Part shown: positions 11,477-24,608 of the stretch, in pieces | Numbering within the stretch: position 1 is the stretch's first letter | Layout of the letters: every line of letters begins with the position of its first letter | The notes under the pieces: model-generated | Told to the model about the DNA's origin: nothing | Databases searched by the model: none | What the model saw: the letters and a program-made list of their open reading frames with translations, nothing else | Assembly (NCBI RefSeq): GCF_006345805.1 | Contig: NC_042997.1 | Coordinates: 196,974,001 to 197,038,000 of the forward strand | Source: Octopus sinensis | Taxonomy: Eukaryota | Direction: 5' to 3' | DNA: 64,000 nt | Made by a program: the position numbers and the translations under genes

Positions 11477-11830
11477 GATAAACTTCTGGAAAGTTTTACA
11501 GATTTTTAGTTCCAGTGATGGATTGGATCTATAGTCTTCAAATTAACTTGCTTTCTAGTTTCGAGGAGCCTAATTTCTCAAGATTGGTATTTGAGCAGTG
11601 TGTCACATAACCCAGGGCCACAGTAACTACAGGTATAAACCTGAACTTGTAATATGGGTACAGTAACTGCAGATTTCTCAATAGTTCACTGATCTTCAGC
11701 TTTATGTTAGCATTCACTGGGCAGCTAATTTCCACATCTTTACACGTTTTCTCTTCCCTCTCCCAAATCATTATATCAGGTCTGTTGTGTTTATTTTTTT
11801 TTAAGGCCTTCACTGGGACATTTCACCAGT
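11120..11830 (-). mobile_element. 5'-truncated non-LTR retrotransposon with RLE domain (R2/R4/Hero-like group), 3' end plus 3' UTR
   Basis: ORF 11538-11813 reads KHNRPDIMIW...VEISCP...LLYPYYKFRFIPVVTVALGYV, matching the RPD-x-(D/E)-x(S)CP and PxxxGALG-type motifs of RLE domains. The 3' UTR ends in (ACAT)n and contains a ~110-bp tandem duplication. Confidence 0.8.
11538..11813 (-). pseudogene. RLE (PD-(D/E)xK-type) endonuclease fragment of a non-LTR retrotransposon ORF
   Basis: Motifs as above. Internal deletion and frameshift; a second copy of the C-terminus is at 55190-55392. Confidence 0.75.
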
Positions 11831-12027
11831 TCTCCCTTTTATTATAAGTGGCTAAGGCGTAAGTGGCTATGGCTTGCATGTAACTATGTATGTATGAATG
11901 GATGGGTGGATGGATGGATGAATGGAAATATAAGCCCGTCTATCTGTCTGTATATATATATATATTTGCAAGCAAGCATGTAAATATTTCTGTGTCTATG
12001 TGTGCGTGTTAAGATTACAATCTTAAT

Positions 12028-12231
12028 GCAAGTTCGGACAAAATACTTCGCGCCATTTTGTCCGTCTTTTTGCTCTGAATCCAAATTTCACCGCGGTCGA
12101 CCTTGCTTGCCATCCTTTCGGTGTCGATGAAATGAATACTAGTGAATTACCGGGGGAGGGGGCAGTGTAATAATAGACTATCTCTCTCTCCTAACATTCC
12201 AGGCCCTGTTCCTATAGTAGAAAGAATTATT
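12028..12231 (+). mobile_element. Old, diverged SINE-A-related copy (older tail type)
   Basis: Degenerate central block gcggtcgaccttgcttgccatcctttcggtgtcgat and tail ggccctgttcctatagtagaaagaattat. Confidence 0.6.
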
Positions 12232-13084
12232 TTAAAGTAAGTTTAAGAATAACTACTGAGCATTTACTGATAGGAGGGAAAACCTCACAGTGGATCTAAC
12301 TAAACAACGCTCTGCATTTTGTTTTTCGTTCTAACGACTCTGCCAGCCCACTGCCTAATAATATAATATACAAGCAAATATTTCTTTGAAATTTTCCAAT
12401 TCCTAAGTCTGTTATTATTTCATATTGGCTAAATAAAAATGAGAAAATTTTTTTTCTTAAGTAAACAAACGGAAGAACCGATCGTATTTATCTTTAAAAA
12501 AACAAACAAAAAAACCTCATTACTGCTTTTACAACAATTCCATTTCTCCCACCACCAAAAACAAACACAAACTCAACTACATGTCCACCCACTTGCAGCG
12601 CCACCCAGCGGTAAGGAATGAAATAAAGAGAAACATGAATTAGTTTGTGACGTTTTGTAAAAGTTACTGCAAAATTCCATATAACATTATCATTATGTCA
12701 AACAATAAGCAATAAAAATCATCAACATCATGGTATATATTTGCAATTTTCCTCTTGTTTGTTTATTTTCTGTTTATCTGTTATTTTTTTTCTTCGTTCT
12801 TTCTATTCTTTCATAATTCATGTTTGGATTTTCCGAAAACAAACTTTTAGATTTTTCCATTATTTCATCTAACTGAATTGTTTTCCGTGGGGTTCAATTA
12901 TGTTTCTGAGTGCTTAATGGTAAATTTCGGTAATACAGTCATCCTCCCACCCCTACCCCAACACAGCACACACATACATACATACATACACACACGCGCA
13001 TGCGCTCGCTCACATAAATACATACATGAATATATACAAACGTACATACAAAACTACGCATTATGGATGTATGTATATGCGTAG

Positions 13085-13560
<476 letters not shown>

Positions 13561-14061
13561 CATATTCACATACATGGGTATATTTACGCATTTATATTTA
13601 TTTCTGCTTGCGCGTGTATGTGTGCATACTGTTGGATGGTCATGTGACGTTCCTACAATTTACAATCCAATAAACGTACCGAACTAAACGGGTTTATTAG
13701 ATAAATGTATGATAGGCACGGAAAACTAAGAAGAAATATTGCGTGGCCGTCGCTAATATTTTCACAAAGACTATAAAATAAATTTTAGAATTTCCATGTG
13801 AAAACGTCCATTTTGTTTTTGTTGCATCATTCCTTTCACCGAAGAAAATTTAATAATAGATGATTTAAGAACAATAATCAAAGTGGATGATTGCATGTTT
13901 TAGTTTGACATACTAGAAATAGCAGTCAAATCCAACCTGGAATAAACCTTACTGTTAAAGCCCAACTGAATGCTTTAAAGTTGTATAGATAATCTACAAT
14001 ATGGTAACATTATAATATATTAATAGTGGTTGTATTTGACTCTTCTTGTATTCTACTGGAA

Positions 14062-14291
14062 GGCGGCGAGCTTGCAGAAACGTTTGCACGCCGGGCGTAA
14101 TGCTTAGCGGTATTTCGTCTCTCTTTACGTTCTGAGTTCAAATTCCGCCGAGGTCGACTTCGCCTTTCATCCTTTCGGGGTCGATTAAATAAGTACCAGT
14201 TACGCACTGAGGTCGATGTAATCGACTTAATCCGTTTGTCTGTCCTTGATTTTCCTCTCTGTGTTTAGCCCCTTGTAGGTAGTAAAGAAAT
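14062..14291 (+). mobile_element. SINE family A
   Basis: Full length. 10-bp TSD gtattctact at 14048-14057 and 14294-14303. Confidence 0.9.
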
Positions 14292-14569
14292 AGGTATTCT
14301 ACTCTTCGGCGACTTGGCATATCAACAGAATACTTTGCTGAGATCAACTGTGTACTTCGTCATGCTTAGCGTTCTCTATTGAAGATCTTTACGTACTGAC
14401 AGCCTTGGAAGCGGCGCCAACGGTGCCGAGGTATATCGGTCCAAATCGATAAAAACTGCTAGGCTTTTATGTACGGACAACTGCCAGTCTTTCTAAATAA
14501 ATTTTGTTAAGTGATTTGAAAATAGGTGCAGAAGCTTTGACCAACCTTGTCCGACTGAAACTTTGTACG

Positions 14570-14711
14570 CGAGGGGTTACTGAAAAATTCCTGCTTTTAA
14601 GGGTATTGCGAAAAGCTTGGATGGAAGCTCAGCCTGCTGAGCTATTTCACAGGGCTTAGAAAAACTGGAGAACTGATGCTATAAGTTGTGAATGTGAGAG
14701 GGGAATATGTT
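14570..14711. mobile_element. Tc1/mariner-type MITE, partial
   Basis: Starts cgaggggttactgaaaaattcc, homologous to the adjacent 14749 copy, and is truncated at (TA)n. Confidence 0.65.
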
Positions 14712-14748
14712 ATATATATATATATACACACACACATATATATATATA

Positions 14749-14962
14749 CAAGGGGATGCTGAAATTTTCCTTCTTTACGATTATTGCCAAAGTTCTGGTG
14801 GAGGCCCAACATTCTGAGCTCTTTTAAAGGGCTTAAAATACTGATGGACTGACGTAATAAGTGTGTAAGTTTGAGAGAGGAATATGTTCAATAACATTAT
14901 AATTAACTGATCTTCTTATATTTTCTTTTACCCAAAGCCAGAAAATTTTCAGCACACCCTCG
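14749..14962. mobile_element. Tc1/mariner-type MITE (~210 bp)
   Basis: TA-flanked; imperfect TIRs caaggggatgctgaaa / tttcagcacaccctcg. Further copies at 31263-31465 and 31668-31870. Confidence 0.75.
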
Positions 14963-15942
14963 TATAATTTATACAAAAATATGAGGTATTCTGTGTAGAT
15001 GATAATAGCAATCAATGGATTGTGCCAATACCGGTTTTCTCACAATGTGCATACTAAAATGACAGAAAGATTTACATAAGAACTAACGTTTCACCAGATG
15101 TTGTTTATGAAAACTCAATGCCTTAGTAAACACGGAATTAAATACATCTGTTTATCTGTCGTATCCTACAGATGCAAGGAGGTAATTATACATTTTTTTT
15201 TCTAAATGAAAGCAAATAGGTTCTTTCAAATAACATTTTAAGTCGAAACAATTGTCGACCTACAAAATACAGATCTGACCCACATTTGCGTTTGTATCCC
15301 ACTTATGAAACAGAATGATTACTAAGCGCTCCCATTTATCGAAAAGTGTACACATATATAGAAATATACGCACACATACACGCATATATCCTTTCGAAAT
15401 TACATCTTCATAAAAAAAAACATATGCTTAGACAAAGTTTCACTGATTGACATACTTAAAATCCCAATATCAGCCATGCTCTACAGCCTTCTGGTATTGG
15501 CTCAAACTGTTCTAAATTTTTTCTACCCACTCCAACTGTTCTCTCATCTTTTTAAAATCTCTAATAAATTCATTGACTAAATCTTCTATTCACAACTTCA
15601 GTTCGCTTGAATTCGCTCATTATCAAAGTCTTTCCGATAGGCATTGTACTCAAGAAATTCATCGAACGATATACATCGAGCTGTACAAATTCAAGCTGAA
15701 ATCAATTACTGCATCTTCACTCATAGAAACGAAGTTAGGAACGAGCAAATTAATAGGTCGTAGATACACATAACATTACAACTGTACTATTATCACCAAT
15801 GATTCTCTATAAATACATCTTATTCTATTGAAGCTGTTTTTGAACCCCACTCTATCAAAATTAAGAGGTGAATATAAAACACATTCAATATTCACCTATT
15901 TTAACATTTATACGAATATTAAAGTAAATGTGGTTATTTTAA

Positions 15943-16163
15943 CCCTTTAGTGTTCACATTATTCTGCCAAAATTAATCCTTTTTCATCCACATTGTTTTG
16001 AACTAATCATGCATTATCTTGTAGCTATGTGATTTAGAAGAGGTAGCTGGTAATTTTTAAAACGATATTGTAGGGTTGGTGTGAGAGACCAGATCTGGCC
16101 AGTTTGAACATAAAACAAGCACAATACTAATGACCGGATATGGCCAGTTTAAATGCTAAAGGG
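15943..16163. mobile_element. piggyBac-type MITE (221 bp)
   Basis: TTAA|CCCTTTAG ... CTAAAGGG|TTAA. CCC/GGG termini with a TTAA target duplication are the piggyBac signature. Confidence 0.8.
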
Positions 16164-16784
16164 TTAAAGCCAGTATCTTATAAGGTTTTAAGATTTACAT
16201 CAAAAGTTATCAATAAAATATTTGTAAGATGCCTCGTGTATATCAGACAGAAGCTTAACATATTAAAAAAGTATATGATCTGTAAGACTGCGTAAATATA
16301 TTTACTTATTTAACATTCCTTTATTTCATATTTCTTTTTTTGTTTACTTCAAATATCGCAATTGAATAATTCAGTCTTCAGTCATCCAATTCAAACTGTG
16401 AAAACATGTCGCTTGTTCTAACGTAAAGTCATTTAGAATATGTAATGAAAGTAATTGTAACTGATGCTCGCAATTAAAATATGAAAATATAAAAAGAGTA
16501 AAAACTTGAGAGGGCATTTGTTAGATGTAAACACAATCAACATTAATTAGATATAACCTTTCATTTTTCATGAGCCGAAATATCAAATGATATATTTCTT
16601 TTTGGTTAAAAACCACTCACTCATTTGCTATTCATCTTGAGAATCTTTATATATATTTTATGATTTAGTTTTAAAGTTTCACTTCTCAAAACTTCATTTG
16701 CCGAAAGTATACGCTTTCTACATCAGTAATATTTGTAAATTTGTCGTCAAATAACAAGAGAATAAATCTGATCTTATATTTAAA

Positions 16785-17012
16785 GGCGGCGAGCTGGCAG
16801 AAACGTTAGCACGCCGGGCGAAATGCGTAGCCGTATTTCGTCTGCCGTTACGTTTTGAGTTCAAATTCCGCCGAGGTCGACTTTGCCTTTCATCCTTTCG
16901 GGGTCGCTAAATTAGGTACCAGTTACGCACTGAGATCGATGTAATCGACTTAATCTGTTTGTCTGTCCTTGTTTGTCCCCTCTATGTCTAGCCCCTTATG
17001 GGCAATAAAAAA
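16785..17012 (+). mobile_element. SINE family A
   Basis: Full length. Perfect 18-bp TSD taaatctgatcttatatt at 16763-16780 and 17016-17033. Confidence 0.92.
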
Positions 17013-17599
17013 GGTTAAATCTGATCTTATATTCGGATCTACCTAATGCTCTTAAAAAGCGTGGCTTCACGCAACAATTCCCAGAGATTTCATGGATCAA
17101 AGGATCCACTGCTAAGCCACGTATGCTGTAGATTGCAATCCATAAATACTATAGACGGCCTTTGGATTACTTTGCCCATCGGGTTATAATACGTCTCAAA
17201 TTTTAAATAAATCCTCCTGTTTTACAGAAAATACATTCAAAGTTGGCGTCAAACTTTTTACTAACGGAATATTTCAGGACTCATTTTAATGATATTACGG
17301 TGTATTTCTCAAGTTTTCCCGCATACAGGTATATTTCAAAGTAAATGATCTAGCATACAAAATTATCATGCAAATTTATCATACATTAGAGACAAAGTAT
17401 ATTCGGTTTGAAATTCTAAACACCTTCTCCCCAAACCTGGTTTGTTTGTGTATACACGAAACCCCTTCGAATGAGCGACACAGAATACACGGCTCCATAC
17501 TCAGAAATGAACTACTATTAGAACTTACATACCATGTAGAGGAAACTTTCTTACCACTTCTATACACCACTTTACTCGAATAATGGAACTGCAACTACA

Positions 17600-17841
17600 A
17601 TGTTTTATATTTCACATCTACTTTCATTCTCTTATTTCTTTCTATATTCTCTATATCCTCCTTTTCCATAATAATTCCTTTTTTCGAACACAAACGTTTA
17701 CCTCAAACCATCTCACACCGTCTCTCATGAAGGGATATCCATAATATCCCAGAAACAGCTGTAAGGCTAGATCTATATCTTTTTCCTTATAAATGTCCTG
17801 AAAACTCCTCATAGCCTTGGCTTTGTTATCTCTTTCATCTA

Positions 17842-17842
<1 letters not shown>
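17600..17842 (+). mobile_element. Probable Penelope-like terminal repeat fragment (second family)
   Basis: Pyrimidine-rich stretch, hammerhead-like motif and (TA)n end. The 5' boundary is uncertain. Confidence 0.5.
17720..17767 (+). ncRNA. Degenerate type I hammerhead-like motif (G5C)
   Basis: gtct-CTCATGA-a-gggatat-ccata-atatccc-a-GAAAC-agct-GTA-aggc. Stem II is 7 bp, stem III has a palindromic loop (ACAGCTGT), and the triplet is GUA. Confidence 0.6.

Positions 17843-17916
<74 letters not shown>
17843..17916. repeat. (TA)n microsatellite followed by a SINE-A tail fragment (17928-18015)
   Basis: Directly visible. Confidence 0.9.
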
Positions 17917-17919
<3 letters not shown>

Positions 17920-18592
17920 TATAGAGAAAGTACCAGTTATGTACTAGGGTCGATGTAATTGACTTAATCCATTTGTCTGTTCTTGTTTATCCCCTTGTGG
18001 GCAATAAAGAAATAAGTGGGTAGAGTTACCGTTAAAAATATTGGCGACTCAAATTATTACTTGTTAATTATTGATTGAGATAATTCATCAATCGTAACTA
18101 TAAAATGTGAATATCAGGAACGCAGTATATATAATACGACTAATCTACTAATTATATACGAATTACGTACTGTTTCATTATTATGTAATTTTTGTGATCG
18201 AGATAAATGTTTTATCATATATCTTATTTTTTCTACATGGTATGATTTAAGTCTATCATTCTTTGAATTACATAACAGTGTTGTTTTTCTCTAATTTATA
18301 TATATATATATATATAAAGCATGCATATGATTACACATTATTGATAATACACTGTATTTTCTAGTTTCAAATGTTAAGAAACACCCCAGGCGCAAACAAT
18401 GACCATTTGAATAACAATAACACACATAGTTACTCAACTATTTACGACGTATAATTTGTCTGTGGGTGGAGTTGCCGTTAAAAATATTGGCGACTCAAAT
18501 TATTACTTATTAATTATTGATTGAGATAATTTATCAATCGTAACTGTAAAACGTGAATGTCAGGAACGTAGTATATATAATACCACTATAAT

Positions 18593-19157
18593 CTTTTCTA
18601 CACTAGGGACAAGACCCGAAATTTTGGGAGAGGGGTTCAGTCGATTAGATCGACCCCAGTCCGCAACTGGTACTTAATTTATCGAACCTAAAATGATGAA
18701 AGGCAAAGTCGACTTCGGAAGAATTTGAACTCAGATCGTAAAGACAGGCGAGATAGCGCTAACGTTTATTTCTTTATTGCCCACAAGGGGTTAAACATAG
18801 AGGGGACAAACAAAGGGATTGAGTCAATTACGTCAACCCCAGTGCGTAATTGGTACTTAATTTATCGACCCCAAAAGGATGAAAGGCAGGATTCAAACTC
18901 AGAACGTAACGGCAGACGAAATACCTATTTCTTTACTACCCACAAGGGGCTAAACACAGAGAGGACAAACAAGGACAGACAAACGGATTAAGTCGATTAT
19001 ATCGACCCCAGTGCGTAACTGGTACTTAATTTATCAACCCCGAAAGTATGAAAGTCAAAGTCGACCTCGGCGGAATTTGACCTCAGAACGTAACGGCAAA
19101 CGAAATACGACTACGCATTTCGCCCGGCGTGCTAACGTTTCTGCCAGCTCACCACCT
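18593..19157 (-). mobile_element. Trimeric SINE-A array
   Basis: One head, three bodies, and an older-type tail on the last unit. Flanked by tataatac(c/a)actataat at 18576-18592 and 19158-19174. Confidence 0.88.
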
Positions 19158-21424
19158 TATAATACAACTATAATAATAAGAATAATTATAATATGAATAT
19201 GAGATGAAAAAAGGAGTTAGAGAAAACCTCTTTAGAAAAGAACGGGACGTAAAACGTTTAAGACCTGAAATGTAAGAATTCAGGAGCAACTACTGTATGT
19301 TGGGAGTGGAGATGGTCTAGATCATTCCATAGATAAGTTTTGAAGCCGTCTACTAAATGAAGATGAGTATAGGAAGGTAAAGAGTTGAAATTTTAAACGA
19401 GAATATCATTAAAAACTACGAAGACAGGTATATCTATTAGTAAGAATGTATTAGTGAACCAGATGCTAAAACCATTCAATTGTTAGTATGACAGTCTAGT
19501 GTTCCAGGAGATACTTATCAAAGTGGTAACACCTAACAAGTATCTCTTTTTAATGTTTAGCTTCTGATTTAGTAAGATTATTGTGATTGAAATTTTTCTC
19601 AGTTTTCCGTAACCTGAAACACTTTGTTACATTTCTGTATGCTCTTCCTCTTTTGAAGATCCTCCATTTGGTATTTAGCAATATAAAAGGAAATATCCCC
19701 TACTAAAACACGAAAATATGAATTTGAAAATAATACTTATAAAGAAGACATCGTCAAGATTATTATTAACATTTATAACTTAAATGTACAAACTTGACAT
19801 TGACACAGAAATCCAGGTTGAAGCGTATCGTAGGTCATAGATTATGTTGAGCTAAACTTACGACATATTTACTGCTGAAAAGGAGAATTATTTCTTTAAT
19901 CTCTAATGTAAACTAATTAACTAACCTACAAAATTAGCTTGATTAATTAGTGTCCTCTAAAATCAAAAGAAATATTAAATGTCAACACGCCCCTAAGAAT
20001 ATAATAAAAGTAGCAGAATTTTGCTGATTAAGCAACTTTAGTAATAAATATCTTCTCAAGTTAACCGCAATAAATGTTATCGAATATGCTTCTCCATTCT
20101 TTCTGTAAATGTATATACATCCGTAGTATAGAATTTGTTATTACATACAGCCTGAAATGTTTTGTAACAGTCGTTTTGGCCACCGCTGTTTAGCGGCGTT
20201 GATTCGACGATGACCTATTTGACAGCAGATATATTAATGTTTCTTTCGTTCTCTCCATTCTCATCCCTCTTTCGCGCTCTCTTTTACTCTCTCTCTCTCT
20301 CTCTCTCTATCCCTGTTCAGGTGTGATAATATTTTACTCATTACGTGTCTGAGGAAGGTAAATTTTTAATGTCATTCGTGTTTAATAAATTTTAACTTCT
20401 CTCTCTCTCCCACACACACGCACGGACACACACACCGACACACACACGCACACACCATATTTGTATGCGTATATTACCGCTCGCGGGGTAGCAGTTGTTT
20501 GCTTGCCTCCAGTGACAAAATGTACAGCCGCCAAAATGTAAAACCACCCAGTGAGCCGTGTCAAATCCTCGGCCCCCCAAACAGCCGAATCCAGTTTTTT
20601 TTCATTCTCTAGGAAATATATATATATATTCCTGCAATTCGCCCGGATTTCAATAATTCAATATATTAACATTAGCAGAACCTCCAAGTGCCCATGAAAT
20701 GGAATGAGTTTTTATTAGATAAGTTCTTGTTACAATAATTGCTTAAATAAGATAAATTCCGTTCGCCACACGGACAATTAGTACTAAAAAGAGACACCGC
20801 AAAATCACCTGGTCCACACCACCTCTCCCTCAAAATGAGAACTTTTGCTAAAATCGTCCAAGCTTTAGCAGTCATTGCTTCACTAACCTCAAAAAAATTA
20901 AAAACAACTTAAAATGAGTTACAAGTGAACTTCCAGCGAAAATTCTTAAAATAAAAAGTTACGATCATATGCAGCTAAATTTTCATACAGAAACACAAAT
21001 ATTTCATTTTATAATAAATCATGCTATGCTGAATCGATTATATACGAAGCACAGGTCACCTCCACCAACTTAAATTTAAGCAAACCTGTATAACCTGCAT
21101 TAACACAGCGTAGGTATGATGAAAGATAGATTTATACAATTAAATTAGAATTATATTTCCGTCGACGCTATAGAAAAGCGGAATTTAACAAAACTATTCG
21201 ATTATGCCTGTGGTCAGACGCAACATAATAACGAATTTAATATCAACCGGAAGATCGCCAACGGACGTTCTTTACGAGGAAAAGGAACAAAACACTAACG
21301 TTTGCGTATTTCTGAGAAGAACCTCATTCGCAAAAGCCTCGATACATCTGGAAACTGTACGAATGCTAAATTAAAATTATGTATGATACTAAGTCATAAG
21401 TCTCTAATACTACTATTCCATTTG

Positions 21425-21608
21425 CTGCTGCTGCCACTACTACTACTACTACTACTACTACTCTACTACTACTACTAATAAAACCATCACCACCACCACC
21501 ACTACTACTACTACTACTACCACTACTACCACCACCACTACTACCACTACTACTACCACTACTACCACTACTACCACTACTACCACTACTACTACTACCA
21601 CTAATACC

Positions 21609-21664
<56 letters not shown>
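21425..21664. repeat. (ACT)n/(ACC)n trinucleotide repeat
   Basis: Directly visible. Confidence 0.95.
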
Positions 21665-21666
<2 letters not shown>

Positions 21667-21945
21667 TTTATCCTTTATTAATATTGTAGTAATTATCATT
21701 CTATTTTTTCTTCCATTCCAGTCCAGAAATCCATACCAGTTCATGATTTCGCTAAATCCAAAATTCACTTCTTCTTGTGCACAGATCAATCAGAAAGGAG
21801 AAAAAAAATGAATATTTAGAAAAAAATGCATTTATGCACCAGATCAATGCATAAAAACGTGACAATTGGGCTTATTTTCTCCTAGATCAAATGCACACAT
21901 TTACGAAAAAAGAAAAAAAGTTATATATATATATATATATATATA

Positions 21946-22002
<57 letters not shown>

Positions 22003-22370
22003 CTGTGTAAATTCTGTTCTTTCCTTGTATTACATTTTCTTTTTGTAATTAAGAACTATCAACAAATTACGGAGCTTCACCATGTTGGAAATCAATAGCT
22101 AAAGGCGAAAGGTTTTTTGGCAAGAATATTTTGACCTAACTGAATAATGTTAATGGGAGAGAGCGAGAGAGAAAAAAAAATATTAGTAGCTTCTTACAGC
22201 GCTTCAAAAGAAGCAGTAAGCTTAAAGTATATGTATGTTTCTGAGACATACATTTGAAAATGTTATTCATACACACGTACGTAGATATATATATATATAT
22301 ATATACAAACAAAAGAGTATGTGTTATATACATAAAACATATATCCATACATAGATACATATATATATAT

Positions 22371-22408
<38 letters not shown>

Positions 22409-22641
22409 AAGGTGTGAGGGTGTGTGTATATGTACAGAGATAGAGATAGAGAGAGAAGTGAGAAAGAGAGAAAGAAAGAAAAAGAAACTGAGATGCAGGG
22501 ATACATAGAGAGACAGACAGACAGACAGACTGACAGCCGAATATATACGAAACCAGACAGATATTTAGACACATACACACACATAGATTCGCATACATAT
22601 ATATATATGTACACACTTACATATATATATATACATACATA

Positions 22642-22675
<34 letters not shown>

Positions 22676-22681
22676 CATACA

Positions 22682-22750
<69 letters not shown>

Positions 22751-23199
22751 ATTATATATATATATATACACACATATATATATATATAATTTAAGAGAGA
22801 TACAGAGAAAAACAGACATATATATGAATACGCACACAGACGCAAACACAAACACACACATATCTATATAATATATAGGTAGGTAGATAGATAGATAGAT
22901 AGATATAAAGATAGTTCATTAGATACTTGGGCTAATACAAACAGATGAGTGTGTAGGTATATAAGGCGTGTGTGTATTCGTAAACGCATTTAAGTTTATT
23001 GTTAATCTAAGCTTTATATACTTTTCTTGTCACTCATTAGCGTGTCTATTTTACGACAAATCATAACGCACTCGGTAATTACGTAACTATATATATATAT
23101 AGATATATAAATACACATATATATATGTAAACGTAGATTTGTATCTGTGCGAATGTATGCATGCATATACGTACGTATTTGTATATACATTATATATAC

Positions 23200-23261
<62 letters not shown>

Positions 23262-23766
23262 GTATGTGTGTTTATGTGTGTGTGTGTGTGGTATGCTTTC
23301 TGTATGTGTAAGATTTCCATTTTTTAACATTGAATCTGTGCAATATTTGGGATTGACTGGATTCAACAGTTACTATACGTCAGTGATACACTATCACCCT
23401 CATTAGAAACGGATGTCATCTATCTATGTCTATTTATAATGGACAAAATAATTTGATGTACGCCGATGGTTCGTTTTTAATTTAATTAGTTAAAAGGTTA
23501 CAAAAATTAGACAAAATACAAAATAACGAACTTTTTTCTCTTGATATGGCACACCTTGATGAATAGATGTTTTCCTGAGCTTGGAAAGTTGTTCCCGTTT
23601 TACGGTTTGACTTGCTAGAAATACTAACATAATCACCCCCCGAAACGTTCGTTGTGGTATTAAATAGAGTTAGCATGGTGGAAATTTAAACAGTTTTATT
23701 TTGTACGTCTCACCGATCCGGGTTAACTAGTAATAAGCAAAACTATAAGACGTCATTCCCCTTTCA

Positions 23767-23804
<38 letters not shown>

Positions 23805-24329
23805 CAGGTATAAACGTATAAATTTTAGCCTGTTTATGTGAGTGAGTATATATACATGGGAATAACAAAGATTCGCTGCGGCAATTAGGGCTATGGAAAT
23901 GTCTATGTTAGAAATAATTTTGCAATAGGCGCAACTACATGATTTTTGGGCAAGTCAGGTCAACCAAAACCTTGTGAGTGGATTGGTAGATGGAAACTGA
24001 AAGAAGCACGTTGTATATATTTTGTATAAAGAATCGTGGGTAAAGTCAAAACAATGCGAAGTAAATGCAAGGTAAATCACAAGGAAATAAATATGTGAAT
24101 TAATGTAGACTTACGTTGTATTCAATATTTCGGGGTTATGAACCCATTTTCAAGAAATTGAGGAATGTTGCCAATGTGCATGTGTGAGAGCGTGTGTGGA
24201 GTGGACATGTGCAAAAGGGTGTTGCTATAGCAACCAGCTAGCTTCATGTAACTCCCTTCTATTGTTGATCTTAGGTTTCATTTGGTGCTTGTGAAGAAGA
24301 CCCATCAAACCGAGCAAAATCGCAATCGT

Positions 24330-24557
24330 GACAGACACCGGTGCCACGCAAATTGACACCCGTGCCAGTGGTACCTAAACGCACCCCAGTTTCACGCAAA
24401 TGGCGTGTTCACGGAGTGGTTGGCGTTAGGAAGAGCATCCAGCTGTCGAAAACCATGTCAAATCAGACTGGAGTCTGGAGCAGCCTTCTAGCGTGCCAGC
24501 CCAGTCAAACCGTCGAACCCATGCCAGCATCGACAACGGACGTTAAATGATGATGAC

Positions 24558-24599
<42 letters not shown>

Positions 24600-24608
24600 G
24601 ATGATGAT
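24330..24608 (+). mobile_element. RTE-related non-autonomous retroposon with a (GAT)n tail
   Basis: ggagtggttggcgttaggaagagcatccagc block (an RTE-associated motif, from memory) and aacggacgttaaatga-(tga)n 3' end. Confidence 0.55.
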
